Below are positions 26,061 to 40,200 of a DNA stretch of 54,897 bases, piece by piece (position 1 is the first letter of the stretch; each line of letters starts with the position of its first letter). Position numbers and translations under genes: made by a program. The stretch comes from Priapulus caudatus (taxonomy: Eukaryota), in assembly GCF_000485595.1 (NCBI RefSeq), contig NW_014577078.1, positions 775,003 to 829,899 on the forward strand, read 5' to 3'. The notes below the pieces were generated by a model, which had not been told where the DNA came from, ran no database searches, and worked only from the letters and a program-made list of their open reading frames with translations.

Positions 26061-26969
26061 CCTCGCATTTTTCAAACGACCGTAATGCCTAATGCGTAAA
26101 TATATGATGGAGATTTTCGAATTTCATCGACGCAAGATAACCATCCACTGCGGCCATGGCTCAGCCGTGGTTACTTTATGATGCAAAGTGCGCGCAGGGG
26201 ACGATTCAAGACCGTATTTGCGTATGAAATACGCGTCTAGATTTCAAAGTGCGCCTTCGATTATTACAAAAAAAATACAAAAAATACAGAATAACATTTG
26301 ATGGATTTTAGCTATATTCTTTATTTTTTCTTTTTCTTTGATTCATGAGCAGGGACATTGAAAGAAAATCAAAGATTTACATGGGTAAGCAAAACTAGCT
26401 TTGATATTCTGAAAAAGAAAGGAAGTGCTTGATTCATCTGCATTAATTGCTTGGTATGGCAAAGCGCCAGACAAAATAAAGCAAAAAAAAATTCCATGAT
26501 GGTTTTTAGCTATTGTTGCTTGACTAAATGTGTGTCTCAAATGGTGGCTAATTTTTTCCGTGCGCAGGAAACCTTGAAATGTTGAAATTTACGCGAATAA
26601 CGGCGCTCAACGTGGGTGGTGTGCGGCCCTTTTTGGGGATGTGCCCTTAAAATCTGGAAAAATACTGTCTACGCCTCAGCTTCTGGATCCGCCCCCTGGC
26701 GCTGCAGGCTGCATCTATCCGCTCGAGCCGCTGGGCGAAATATCGATACGCGCGGAATGATTGCATAACACTAAGGACCACGATATCCGATTGTTTGTGG
26801 ATTACGTGAATAAATTGTACGCAGCCAGCATCTATACAAAGCTTCTATGTCATTTTGTTGAGCGAGCGCGAAAGTCTGACAAACAATGCAACGTTCTGGC
26901 TACGAAACATATGCTGTACTGTACTATGATTGCACGTCGCTAAATCATTCTCAATGGATATACCGGTTC

Positions 26970-27060
26970 TATCCATCCTATATCTATCTATCTATCTACT
27001 CTATCTATCTATCTATCTATCTATCTATCCTATCTATCTATCTCTAATCTATCATCTATC

Positions 27061-27101
<41 letters not shown>

Positions 27102-27210
27102 CTATTCTATCTAGATCTATCTATTGATTATACTATGCCTATTTATCTATCTATCCTCTATCTATCTATCTATCTTCTATCTATATCTCCATATCTATTC
27201 TATCTATCTA

Positions 27211-27252
<42 letters not shown>

Positions 27253-27989
27253 ATCCATCGATCCATCACATCCATCCATTCCATCATCCATTCCATCCAT
27301 CATCCATCCATCGCATTCCATCGCATCCATCCATCATCCAGTCCATCATCATCATCCCATCCATATCTCATCCATCCATCCTCCATCCATCCCATCCATG
27401 CCACTCCATCCATCATCCATCCCATCATACCATCCATGCCATCCATCATGCATCCATTCCATCCCATCCATCCATCTACATCTCATCCATCCATCCATCC
27501 ATCCATCCATCCATCCATATCATTCAATGCCATCCTCCATTCCATCCATCTGCCCGCCAACCGCCGCGCCCGTCCGTCCGTCGTTTGCCCGCTCGTCCAT
27601 CCGTCCGCCGTCCGTCCGCGTCCGGTCCGTCCGTCCGTCCGTCCGTCGTCTGTCCGTCCGTCGCGTCGCCGTCCGATTCCGTGCCGTTCATCATCCATCC
27701 ATCTCATCCATCCATCCATATCTATCTATCTATGCTATCTTATCTATCTATCCTCTTATCTACTCTATCTATCTATTCATCTCATCTATCATCTACTATC
27801 TATCTTCTATCTATCTAATCTATCTATCTATTCTATCTATCATCTATTGCTTCTATCTATCACATCCATGATCCATCCATTTGCATCCATCCATCCACCC
27901 ATTCATCCATCCATCCATCCCTGCATCCATTCCATCCATGCATCTATTATCCATTTAATCTACTATCTATCTATATCTACTTAATCTAT

Positions 27990-28045
<56 letters not shown>

Positions 28046-28147
28046 CTATCTAATCTATCTATCTATCTATCTATCTATGCTATCTATCTATCTATCTATC
28101 TGTCTCATCTAACCTCACCTATGCTATCTATCTTATCTATCTTATCT

Positions 28148-28188
<41 letters not shown>

Positions 28189-28444
28189 TCTATCTATCTA
28201 TCTATCTATCTATCTACTATCTATTATGCTTATCTATCGATCTACTATCTAATCTATCACGCTATCTATCTTCTATCTATCTATCTATCTTATTCTATTA
28301 TCCTATCTATCTATCTATCTATATATCTATCTATCTTCTACTATCTATTTATCTATCTATCTATATCTATTACTATCTGATCTATCTTATCTATTTATCT
28401 TATCTAATCTATCTATCTATCTATCTATCTATCTGTCCTGTGCG

Positions 28445-28508
<64 letters not shown>

Positions 28509-28555
28509 GCCTGTCTGCCTGTAACTCACTCACTCACTCACCCATGCACTCACTC
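26970..28555 (+). repeat. Compound, noisy microsatellite (TATC)n-(TA)n-(TCCA)n-(TCCG)n-(TATC)n-(TCTG)n-(CACT)n
   Basis: Read directly. Confidence 0.93.
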
Positions 28556-29651
28556 AGTCGCTCATTCTTCCACATTCTCTTCTTCTCATTTTCGTTCACT
28601 GTGGAGATGTAATCGAGGTCGTATAGAAGCATCGATGGCTTCCCCTAAAGGCTCATCAATCTGCCGGAATAGCGTGTACCTAGTAGCAAAAGCACTTCAT
28701 CTCCTGTGCTCTATTTTACTACCTAGAAAGTTCCGAGTCTACATGAGTGCAAACATTTCCCCTCGCGCCACCGGCAAGACAGCAGCCACTATTTGCTCGT
28801 ACGTTGTAGATGGAGGTTAATCGATGCAATCAATCAATCCATCGATCAATCAATATTAATCAGACTTGGTGTTTTCCCTCTCGCTCTATTGTGTTTAATG
28901 GTATTTTGTGTACCATAACCGACGTTGCGAGACACTTTGTGATTGAAACGCATCGCTGTGGTTGTTATTTGACTCAGCCTAAAACGCACTATCCGCGATA
29001 TACGAAAGCATTTCTAAGCATGAATATCATACAAAACCCGACAGCATTTTAAAAACGCTTCGGCTGAGCGTTAACTGTAACTATGTTATATAGTCTAACA
29101 TTTCAACCGCTTCGAGGTGTTCAGCCCAGGCAATAATTATTTCTCATTTAAATTGCTAATTATAAAATTCGGATGGCTATGATTCGTAACGTACGGCGGA
29201 TCTGATCGCGAAGCCCATGTTTTAATTACATGTGGTTTCGCCTCGCAGACACGCCGCTGATCTGCGTCAGGAATCACCGTGTCGCCTGCGTGCACGGAGC
29301 AGACGTGAATGCTGACGGCAGGACACGATCGCGTAGCAGACGACTGTCGCTGTCACGACATGCACGACCTGCACGAACGCACGAACACACGAACGCACGA
29401 ACGCACGAACGCACGAACGCACGAACGCACGAATAAACGCAGGTGGCCTCGCACGCATTTACACGAAGGCGCAAACACATGCAGACATACATACACTCGC
29501 ACACGCAACGGGCACGGCCCGCGCGCGGCGCGCACTACACACACACAGCACACACACGCACGCACTGGCACACATACACACACACCGACACACCCGCACG
29601 ACACGCACCACGCCACGCACGCACGCACGGCACGGAGCACGCACACATACA

Positions 29652-29738
<87 letters not shown>

Positions 29739-31783
29739 GACACAAGCGCGTACACACACGCATGCAGGCACAGACATGCAGGCGAGCGCGCGTGCACACA
29801 CGCAAATACAAGCGCGAACTCACACGTACACGCACACACGCACACGAACATCAACTCGTCTTTCCCGAGGCCATGCACGCAAAGCCAGTATTCTAGCTAG
29901 TAAAACTGACGCATGCGTCATCATGCAAGTAGAGTGAAAGCAGAGGATTTCTGTGCAAGCACTTGCGCACACACGCAGACGACACAACGTTTACTTTTGG
30001 TGGGGATGTATTATAAACGCCGTCTGATATTCGCATTTTAAACTGCTCAAGGCGACGGGCTGGTTATACTAAAGATTTTAAAACAGTACGCGGATTTTTA
30101 TGTTTCACGTTTTGATGGATCGATAGCGGACGCAAAATTGCTGAGTGTGGTTATAATGATTGCGTGCATGATCGGTGTTATGGCCGTTCTACGTCACTGC
30201 GACGTCACAGTTGCATTAGTGATTGCTTCAAAAGAAGTGGAGTATTTCGGGCTATTCCGACTTTGCCAAATATTGACGGTTTTTGTTGTGTGCCTAAGCG
30301 TGTTCACGAATCCTAATCTAATTAGATTTGGGCGTAGCTGAGTGGGGGAGGGGGGTGATTGGATGATATTGCCTGAAATTCCAGACATTTTCTGGCCGAG
30401 ATGGCCGAGTCACACAGCCTTTATGTAATATTTAAACAAAACCACCGACGATCTTTTCATCGAGACTCAGGCATCAGCACTCATATTTCTGTAAAATCTC
30501 AAAATCTCAGACAAATTCGCCTGACCGCGTATAGCAATTGGATTCCAATAGTAAAAACAACGGTCTGTTTACACTAGGGCTCGCAAGCATTTGCAAGAAC
30601 CTATCGGGTCTTGAGCATTGGACACACTCGGTCACTTTGAAATAACGCCAAATAACTTGTTATTGTTCTACATGCATGCATACAATGGTCGACGCTAAAT
30701 GTATTGTTTTAGGCGGAATCTAAACTACGTGCAAGAAATGCGCATCTGTGCAGTTTTTAAAACCGTTTACCTTAGAAAAAGAAGTACGAAGCATTTCGCC
30801 TCTATCAGCGAAGAGACGACGAAACAGAAATATTGGTCTGTACTTGCTGTTTTTACGTGATTTTCTTTAGATAACGGCAAGAAAATTACTAACGTTTGTT
30901 TACACGGAACATCTCTCCGATTTTATCGAGTCGTGTCCGATTTCAAATATTTCCATTCGTCAGAAGCAAAGCTCGGCTGTTTAGAATAAGAATTAAATGC
31001 ATATCGCAATGACAGAAAGAAAGTTTTGAATATAGTTTTACAGAATAGGTCTACTGATATGAATTCCACTACTACTTTGAATTCGATCAGAAAATGATAG
31101 GATGTGCTAACCAACGATAGACGAACGACGTTCTAATTTGTAGGGACATCCAATATGACGTACTTTTATAATAACCACTACTGTAAGTAAAAAATGTTAC
31201 AGTAATATCTATGTATTTTCTATACATATATTGTATTATGTAGCGGTAATTAGTTTAGCCGTGAATCGAGGTATGAAAATAAATCGAATATCATTGTTGG
31301 CCACTCGGATGCGGCCAATCCCGAGTCAGATGATAATCAGCGGAATACGCGCATAACAATAAAATCAAAGCACGAACTTCAGTCGATTTTCTTATTTTCT
31401 AACATTCTAAATACGAGCACATCCATTCACGTCACGTTTCAAAGTAGATTATCACGATGTGAAAAGGGGCAACCAGTAAACTAAACGGCCAATGCTCATA
31501 GACCGGAAGACTGAAGGGTAACGTCACATTGCCAAGCGACCAGTGATCGGGTGAGGCGAGTTCATTTGGGTCTGTCAGCTGAACGCGCTACAAAAACATA
31601 CGCGCAAGCAAAGCGCAAAATATCCTTCAGTATATTTGCATGTTCGTAACGAAATAGGAGCGAGCACAAACGAGCCGTTAAAGCACACGAAACACGAATG
31701 TAGTTTAACTATATAAACAAAGTGTAAAACGAGCGTTCGAAATGACGCGTGTATCCTGTGTGTGCGTCCTTGTACAGTTATAC

Positions 31784-31819
31784 CAGGGAGTCTATAATAG
31801 GCCTATTATAGACTCCCTG
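31784..31819. mobile_element. 36-bp perfect palindrome with 7-bp TSD GTTATAC (transposon footprint or minimal element)
   Basis: CAGGGAGTCTATAATAGG|CCTATTATAGACTCCCTG, flanked by GTTATAC at 31777-31783 and 31820-31826. Confidence 0.8.
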
Positions 31820-31834
31820 GTTATACTTAGTTGT

Positions 31835-32422
31835 GCTGATAGGGTCTATGTCCCCCAGGGTACTATCGGAGGGTACCCTGCGTACGGTTCGATATATCGG
31901 AAAGTACCTCGGGGTACTATATGTCGCTGCATACCCTGCATTGTCCCGCCGTACCCTGACTTTCAGCCAACTGATGTCGTAATACATACACTCTGTCAAG
32001 TTACCACATTACATAGAAGAAATCTCAAAACATCGCAATCCAATAAAAATGTATGCTATGTTTGACTATATTTTTATTTTTCCTTTTTTTTAAACGAAGA
32101 GCTAGCTTTTATATTTTAGTTTTACATCATCGGAAATACGTCCGCAGCGCATGCGCGTATTTGACAGTTGGAAATGCGAATACTGAAACGAATATTTTGC
32201 GGGAACGGACCGGAAACAAGGAACGGGAGCATAAAGCGGCGCGTTTCCTGCCGACAAGCGGTATGTATTACGACATCAGTTGGCTGAAAGTCAGGGTACG
32301 GTGGGACAATGCAGGGTACGCAGCGACATATCGTATAGTACTTTCCGAGGTACTTTCCGATATATCGAACCGTACCCAGGGTACCCTCCGATAGTACCCT
32401 GGGGGACATAGACCCTATCAGC
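31835..32422. mobile_element. Mutator (MULE)-like MITE with ~155-bp TIRs and 9-bp TSD CTTAGTTGT
   Basis: 31835-31989 is inverted against 32261-32422. Termini are G...C. TSD at 31826-31834 and 32423-32431. Confidence 0.9.
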
Positions 32423-33573
32423 CTTAGTTGTGTAATGAGTGGTCGTTAGTCGTAATGATCGATCGCATGGCACCGGCAGACACGCGCATACATTGTACCT
32501 ACCTATCGCTGCTCTATGTCCCTCCGTGGTTCTGCTTGAAGCATACACGCAGCATCCCCGGTCAGCGCCAACAATCAGTAAAACACCACTAGCTCTGAGC
32601 TCCAAGTTACAAAATGTAGGCTTTAAACTCGAAGCTTCAAGTTAAAAACGCCGTGCTAATTCCAAACACCAAGCTCCGAGCCCCACAGTTCAACTCACAA
32701 ACTTAAGAACTCAAAAGCTCCAAGTCACAAGATCCAGGCCCCAAACTCCGCGCTCCAAGTTCGATGCGCCAAGCTATGAACGCCATATATCATTCATTGC
32801 TCTGACCACCGACAGTGTAGCAGACGGTGCGGGGAACGGTCGGGTGCTATAGCTGGCCGCTAATACACAACAAAGAAACCACGCGCTGCTGCCACTGCGC
32901 CCCCAACTAAACCCGTGGTGCCGTCACGCGATGCCGTGTGCACTAACCACCAGGGTCGCTGCTGCGGGCTTCCCAAGGGCAGATGTGGAGCCTGTCACCT
33001 CAGCTTCCTTTAGCCGCATGCTAGACACACATACACGCATATAGGTCACACGAGCATCTGCGTGTCACTGCTGGCAGTCGTGTCTGTGCAGCAGCAAGCT
33101 CACACGAGGACAAAGCAATGATGACCGTGCCTAAACGCGCGCGCGCTGGGTTATATACCAGAGTAAGCAAAGCTCGAGCTCTAACTATATACACACATTG
33201 GGGAAGTAATCATCAGCTATTCATAGCCCGCCCAGCTACACGACGATGCCACGCGCGCGGGCTCTGGTAAGCGACGAGAAACGACCATGAACCTTGTTGC
33301 AAACTTTACAGCACGCGACGCATGCCAACAATATTGCTTCACGGCTGTATACCTCCCGATATCGACTTCCGCCCTCGTGGGGGTGGTCTCAGGTTTAGTG
33401 CACCGACCGGGCCTTGGCGGTCGGCAGGCTTCAGCAAGCGGGGCAAATCAGTAGGGTGATCATAATGGCATCCCAGCCATCTGTATGGTTTATCTGAAAG
33501 CTTTTGACACCGGTATTCTCTTCCACGTGTATCACGATCATCTTTTGAACACCACGACGGACCCTTCCCTGTC

Positions 33574-33740
33574 GATCACCACTACGTGTCGTCCCCTGTT
33601 GATCACCACCACGTGTCGTCCCCCGTTCTACACGTACCCCGTTCTGTTGATCACATCCACGTTCCTTCCCTGTTGATCACATCCACGTGTCCTGCTCTGC
33701 TGATCACCTCTATGCTCCCGCCCCGTTGATCACCAGTACG
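33574..33740 (+). repeat. 26-27-bp degenerate tandem repeat, about 6 copies
   Basis: Unit approximately GATCACCACCACGTGTCGTCCCCTGTT. Confidence 0.75.
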
Positions 33741-34430
33741 TTTTCTGATCTGCGGACCAGGGACCAGCTATAATCCGCCGACACTAGCTCGTTGCTCTCA
33801 GCGGTTGTGAATACCGGCGAACCACTGCGTCTTCCTCCTCTCTATATTAAGCTGCTCTTGCAGCGAACGGGTGCAAGCAGCACATGCTCCGTTGGCCGGT
33901 GTGATAATGCGGTAGCTGCTAGGCGCGTTGTGTAGATAAGCCGCTGCTTTATGGGGAGGAGGGGCAGCAGCAGCAACGACCGTACGCCCTTATATCATCA
34001 CAGACGATACATGCACAGCTAGAGCCAGTGACAATCGACAGAAGCACGGCGTGAGCGGGAAGAGTGCGAAGCAGATAAGGGGGGGGGGAGCTGAGAGAGA
34101 GGGTGTGTGGAATGCCGATGGCGATAGCGTAGGAAGTAAATAGTGCTGAATCAGATGAAAGGCTGCCAGCTTGCGGAGGACTGCGAAGATGGAATGTAAG
34201 ACGCGACTGGAAGTTGACAAGCTGAGGAAGTGGGGAAATAGGTGGAATATAAGGCCAGAATCTGATGTAGAATGTTGAAATGTATGAGGGTGGGAACAAA
34301 AGGGAGAACAAGCGGAAATTTGAAGCAGGGTACGAGCCAGTTGGTTGACGGACACAAACTGTGGGATGGCTGACCGTTAACATCACGGCACAAGCAATGA
34401 CAAAACCACGAGCGTTATTTCAGAACAATC

Positions 34431-34663
34431 TTTATTTGGTATCATTGTATCTTACAATCTTCGTACATACGCTCCGCTTGGCGTCGCTATGATCGCCAAT
34501 GCTTTAGTAATGCGCACCGGTGCTTATATCTTCGTGAAGAGTGAAAAATAAATAACAGTTAGGGCTGCCGAGTGTCTCACAGGCACATGCAATCTGAAAA
34601 AAACGGCGGTAGAGGGAGACACCGCCAAACACATCTGCATTTCATTATCCCAACATGTTTATT
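34431..34663 (-). terminator. Candidate XPO1 polyadenylation signals (AATAAA at 34663-34658 and 34436-34431)
   Basis: Minus-strand AATAAA hexamers, each followed by a GT-rich tract. They would imply a 3' UTR of about 2.5 kb. Other AATAAA sites exist near 34960 and 35483. Confidence 0.35.
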
Positions 34664-37104
34664 CACGATGCATCACGAACAATATCGGACTTCTAGGCTA
34701 CAGCTCCCCACGTTGAACCATTGACGTACATAAAGAATCATCATATAACAGGGCCATCGTATTGTGCGGTATGTGTACTGGCTGCACTTGCTATCATATT
34801 TGTCTTCCTGATGAGAAACCTTAGTTGCAGGTCAGCAGAATCATGTAACTGAGACATCAACCTTATTGGATACGACCTGCACTTGCTGTCATATTAGATA
34901 ACACACATACTAACCGACCACCTGTCAAGTGGAGTCCAAATCTGGCAGAATTTGTTAATTTATTTCAAATATCATAGTTTAAAAAACCACATGTCCTTCA
35001 TCCCTGTTTGAACATGAAAAAACAAACAATTAGGTGACAGAAGCAATTTACTGAAATCTGCTTGTTGTCGTGTACCTGCATCAAACATACACCTGAATTT
35101 AGGGGGGAAAATTACTCGATCTAATCTAGCAAATCGCCCTTCGAGGCAACTGCTTTAGTGCTGCCTGCCAGATTGTGGGAAGAAATACAATTAATAACAC
35201 TTGCTAAAACGAACGCTGGCCAAATTAAAATCAACTAGACATTATTCAGTTCTCAGTCACTGTTGGTGCAATTAATGACTGAAACTTATACCATATACAA
35301 TTATGGCATTCACAATACCACACCAGGTAATCTCGGCATGGCAACATGCATGCACGCACACCTGCACACACGCACATACAATATACACACTCGCACGCAA
35401 ACATATATGCACACACACGGCCTTGTGACACTGCTACAGTAAACTCTAGCTAAAAAATCGTACTGTAATGAATTGCTTCACCTTTATTTGATTTTATAGA
35501 AAAACAATTGACCTTTCATAATCAATATAGGTTATAGACCACACTGCAATTCACTTATAAATTGTGGAAACTGACCTGGATCTGCCTGATCCCCATCTCA
35601 TTATCCCTTAGGACATCGTCGCTAAATCCAACAGCTAGTTCATCTATGTCCACGTCTGCATGCCAAAATGTTGCTTTTGTGGCACTTTGTTGCAATGCTG
35701 ATTGGCTAGATGTTCATGTCAATCATACCAGCCTGATAGGTTAACTCAGTCATTCCAGCCAATTTTAAATGCAATACTGATTACAAGGTGGGCACTCAAG
35801 TTAATAGACAACCAGCAATAAAGAATAGGTTCTGCTTTATCAAATGAGACGTTTTTGCCTTGTTTCATGACTAGTGTGAAAGACCAAGGAGTTAGAACAA
35901 AAGTCGGGGGGGGGAGAAAGTGAATAAACACACTAAGCTTCGATATAAAAACCCCTGCACTTTACAACCTCCACGCATAACACTGTACCAGCATTATAAG
36001 TTCATTTCAAAAAAAGCTGAAAATGACAAAGCAGAGATAACGAGACTTCATAAACGTGTTAAAATGAACCTGTTTACATATGTATATTGTACATGTATGC
36101 ACGGTTTAGTATGTGCAATCACATCAGAAAACAAAGCCCGCATCCACTCCCTCTACACGCTGAACAAGTGACAGAAATACGCACAAATTCAGAACAATAT
36201 GCAGCAGTGACAGCAGCAACAGCAGATGAATACAAACACGTTGTGAGGAAAAATCAGACAACTCGTATTTACAATGCACACCCAAGTGGAGTGAGAAATG
36301 ACAGATACACAGGTGCTTGGGCCAGGCTGCACGCTGCCGGCAAACACTGCATGACGAGATGGCAGCAGCAGCCCGAACGTGTGCAAGGTTTTACAAACAC
36401 AAGCTGGTTCCAACCCTTGAGGTAATGCTGCAGAATGGTTTTGCCAGTGACGCAAGCCCCGCCTGAAAGACTTGAAGTTATACAGGAGGCAACGGCATCC
36501 AGGCTTGTGTGCAGGCAATGTCGGACACAAGACTACCTGTGCACACCCTCGCATTTAGATACGGTCATCACAACAGTCGCCATCTGGTGGCACCGTAAAT
36601 GAGGCAGCCGACCACTCCGCTTAGCGGAATCCGCTTCACACACCCATGAGAATAGATTGTGCTGCCTAGTAATTGTCTGGCGCGCACACACGTCACACGT
36701 AGACACAGGGACGTTGGGATGGGATCCTACAGTCAATCATGGACAAGTAGCAGCCCGCGTAACGCAAACCACACGCTCTCCGCCTTGTTCGCTCGCTCTT
36801 TCTGTTGTGAGCCATCAACACACTGCTCACACTGGCGAGCAGGCCTCTCCTGTCCATCGCCGGATCATGTTTCCTACAGCCTTCCACTTGTGCAGCAGCA
36901 CTTGCACAGAGCTCAACCTCACGAGTCAGCGGAGACACACACGGTTCAGCCTCCTATCTGCACAGCACCACTCGCAGCGAGCTCTCGCTCTTTCACACGA
37001 GTCATCGGCGGAGACGCGGGGCAGAACCACCGCTCGCTCCTTTGACAGAAGCAGCGGCGATCTGTCATTGTCGGCTAGCAGAGTGCGAACACGGGCTTCT
37101 CGAG

Positions 37105-37251
37105 TCAGTCCTGCATCTCTTCAGGGATGTCGTGCGGGTTGATGATGCCTGGCACGGTGAGCTGCACACGTCGCTTCTCCTCCTGCGCCTGCTGCAGTGC
37201 CACGTCCCGCTCCTCCAGGTAGAGGTCCGACAGATCCTCACCCGCAAACTC
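37105..37251 (-). CDS. XPO1: XPO1 last coding exon ([15 protein letters not shown]...[11 protein letters not shown])
   Basis: Acceptor ttgcag, TGA stop at 37107-37105, 147 nt. Confidence 0.96.
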   Translation of the reverse strand, partial: EFAGEDLSDLYLEERDVALQQAQEEKRRVQLTVPGIINPHDIPEEMQD

Positions 37252-40200
37252 CTGCAACGCGTGACCCAACGGTGACAGTTAGTCGTGCAAATTATTTAGA
37301 CACTCAATTTCAGCTGGTTCAATTAGTTAGTAGTTAGAATGCCTCGTCAGCAATACATGCTGTATAGTGTACACATAATATGATGTAGTTATAATAGTAT
37401 CGCTACCTGCTATATCAATATTACTCACATAAAACACAACTGATTTAAACAATTTTCAGAACTCTATCAGAATCAAATAAGGTTTTGGCAAAACACAGCA
37501 CAAGTTAACTCGGCTAACGAATCAATAATCAACAGAGCAGAAAAAGCCTCACCTTGATTTGCACCAAGAAATCTCGCAGGTGTTCCTTGAAGGCAGCTAT
37601 GTTTAGATTCAAGTTAAACATTCCCTGCACAGTTATCTTGATCTGTGGACTGAATGTGAAAGTACGCATCACCATTTATGTTACTGTAGATTCTAATTCT
37701 CTAGCAATAACAGTCTCTTCCACAAAATGTTACACCTTTGTTAAAATTGCAAGTTACATGATTCCTGATAAACATTTAAAATGGCTTCTAAATCATCACC
37801 ACCTGGGACCCATTGTCAGAAACAAAATTAGTCTTACCATTGACTTCCACTCATAACCGTTGACAAAAACATCGTATGGTTACGAGAACGAAAAATCCTC
37901 GGAAATTTCCTCCTAACATTACGAGAGCCCAGACCCTCTCGGAACTTTAATATTAAGATGAAAATAACACATTTATACTAAGAATTACAATTATAGTGAT
38001 ATTACATTTTATATGAATGAGTAAAATGTGTTTTTCTTGAAAAACACACCAAAAACATTAATCATCTACCGATCGTAAACCAAAACAAACATGATTTACA
38101 AATGGCGTATGGTCTTTGTTCTCATTTTAAATATTTTGATAAGCCACGACTCTCGCGTCTCGTGTTACAGTGTGAGAATCATGTCTTGTTGTGCCGAATA
38201 AATCCATGACCGCGTCGTTTTTCATCAATATTATTTATTTGTGGTTACCCATCATAATATGCATAAATTACTGTGATGTACACTAAATGTGTATGAATTT
38301 GAATTTTGCGATCGATTCTTATCCAATCAGCAGCCTTGTGACATCAAATTATGAAGTTTCTGTTATCCTAAGTTTTCTCATAGCTGCGATGCGTTTTTGT
38401 TAACGCTACTCTCGTAACATCAACATTAGTAGTAAGTGCTATCCTAGCATTAACATTAGCATTAACTTTACGATGTTTCTGACAACGGCTCCCTGGCGTA
38501 TATATTTAAACACAAACTAGCAGTGTGTTCTAACAAATTCTCACAACACACGTTTCTCTCAATTTATATAACATCGTCATGGGAGTTGAAAATCGGGAGT
38601 GCTACTAAATGTGCACTAAAGACGATAATTTAATTAGAACACCGTAGCACATGGCATCTTCTCATAAACCAAAGCTACACAGCTGTACACAGCTACACAC
38701 TGCACTAGCTACTCACTCAGTGAGGTGAGGGAAGGCTGCCTTCAGAAGGTTGGCGACGTACTGCTGAATGTACTCTACGTTGTTCTGCGACGTGTTACTT
38801 GTGTTCAGTGGTGTTGTCACTTTGCTGTTCTCGAGAATGCTGAACATGTAGGCCAATATCGTAGCCTGCATTGTCAGGCCTGTAACCGTAAAAACAGATG
38901 TTGACATTCTAACGACAGTCACATAGACAACACACAATCAGGGTGACCACTTTATCATTGAGAAACACTGAATGCTAAATGACCGTCCTGTAGCAACGTG
39001 CACACGCACCCAATACATAACCCATTCAGCATTATAACCGAGGACAAGCACAGGTAGGACAGGATGCAATACGTATGTGTGCGCGCAGCATTGATGGAGA
39101 TAGATGGTGGGACGGTAAGGGAGAAGTAGGGTAGGAATCAGCATAAAGAATTTTTTTTCAAGAAACAGGGCCCATACAGACAAGTCAAGACAAAATTCAA
39201 GGAGTTTTCCAGGACATTTCAAGGACCTAATTTTTATTTTTCAAGCATTAAAATTCTAGCTTAACTTAATAAAATTCAGTGTTTTCAGACTTAGCACAGC
39301 TTGAAAAGATACATTACATGGAATAGAGGACATGAAAACTTCTGATTCAGAAAAAAACAGAGATTAACTGTGAAAAGTATTCATTATGATGAGGTTAAGG
39401 AGATTAAAAATATGCACATCTTATAAACTTTGCCCTGTATGCATCCATGCTTTCCCATCTGTGGTTATAAATACACAGCCCTCTAGCATTTCTAGCACCT
39501 CTAGCACGACTCATACTTGATAGTGATATGAATACGATTTCTACAAAACGCTTCACCACTCGTTCAATATGACAGACTGAATTCTTCAGACTAACACAAC
39601 GTTACTGCACTAGAGCCTACATTATGCATGATTGTATGAAAACAATAATAAATGCAATGGTGCTGAACTCGCAGCCTCGCTGCTGCCCTGTAAGATTTGT
39701 AATAAAATGAACACAGACATATTTATTGCTTTATATTTCTTATTTTATAAATTCCATTAGTTTTGAGTACTTTCCCAGGGCAATAACAACTTTTCCAGGA
39801 CAATTCCAGTATAAAACACAATATTTTAAAATTCAAGGAGTTTACAAGAACATCGTTCATACAGGACTGAATTTTTTTTTAAATTTCAATGACTTTTCAA
39901 GGACATTTTATCAGAAATTCAAAGACATTTTATCAGAACTTCAAGGACTTTTTATCGGAATTCATACACAGAACAAAACATACCTGGATTAATTTAATAA
40001 CCCCATTCTTAATCACTGTCACCTCTAAAACTTACCTGGATCACATTAATAAACCCTTCTAAACACTGTCACTTCTACAACATACCTTCATTTACTGACT
40101 CATTTACTGACTTACTGTAATATGTGATCATCATTTAACTGTCTATCGTGTCTATCGTGTCTATAGCTTTTTAAGCTCATTTAACACAATTTTTATTGAG

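Noticed and set aside
30392..30412. TGGCCGAG repeats resembling a tRNA/SINE A-box
   Set aside because: No B-box or cloverleaf follows.
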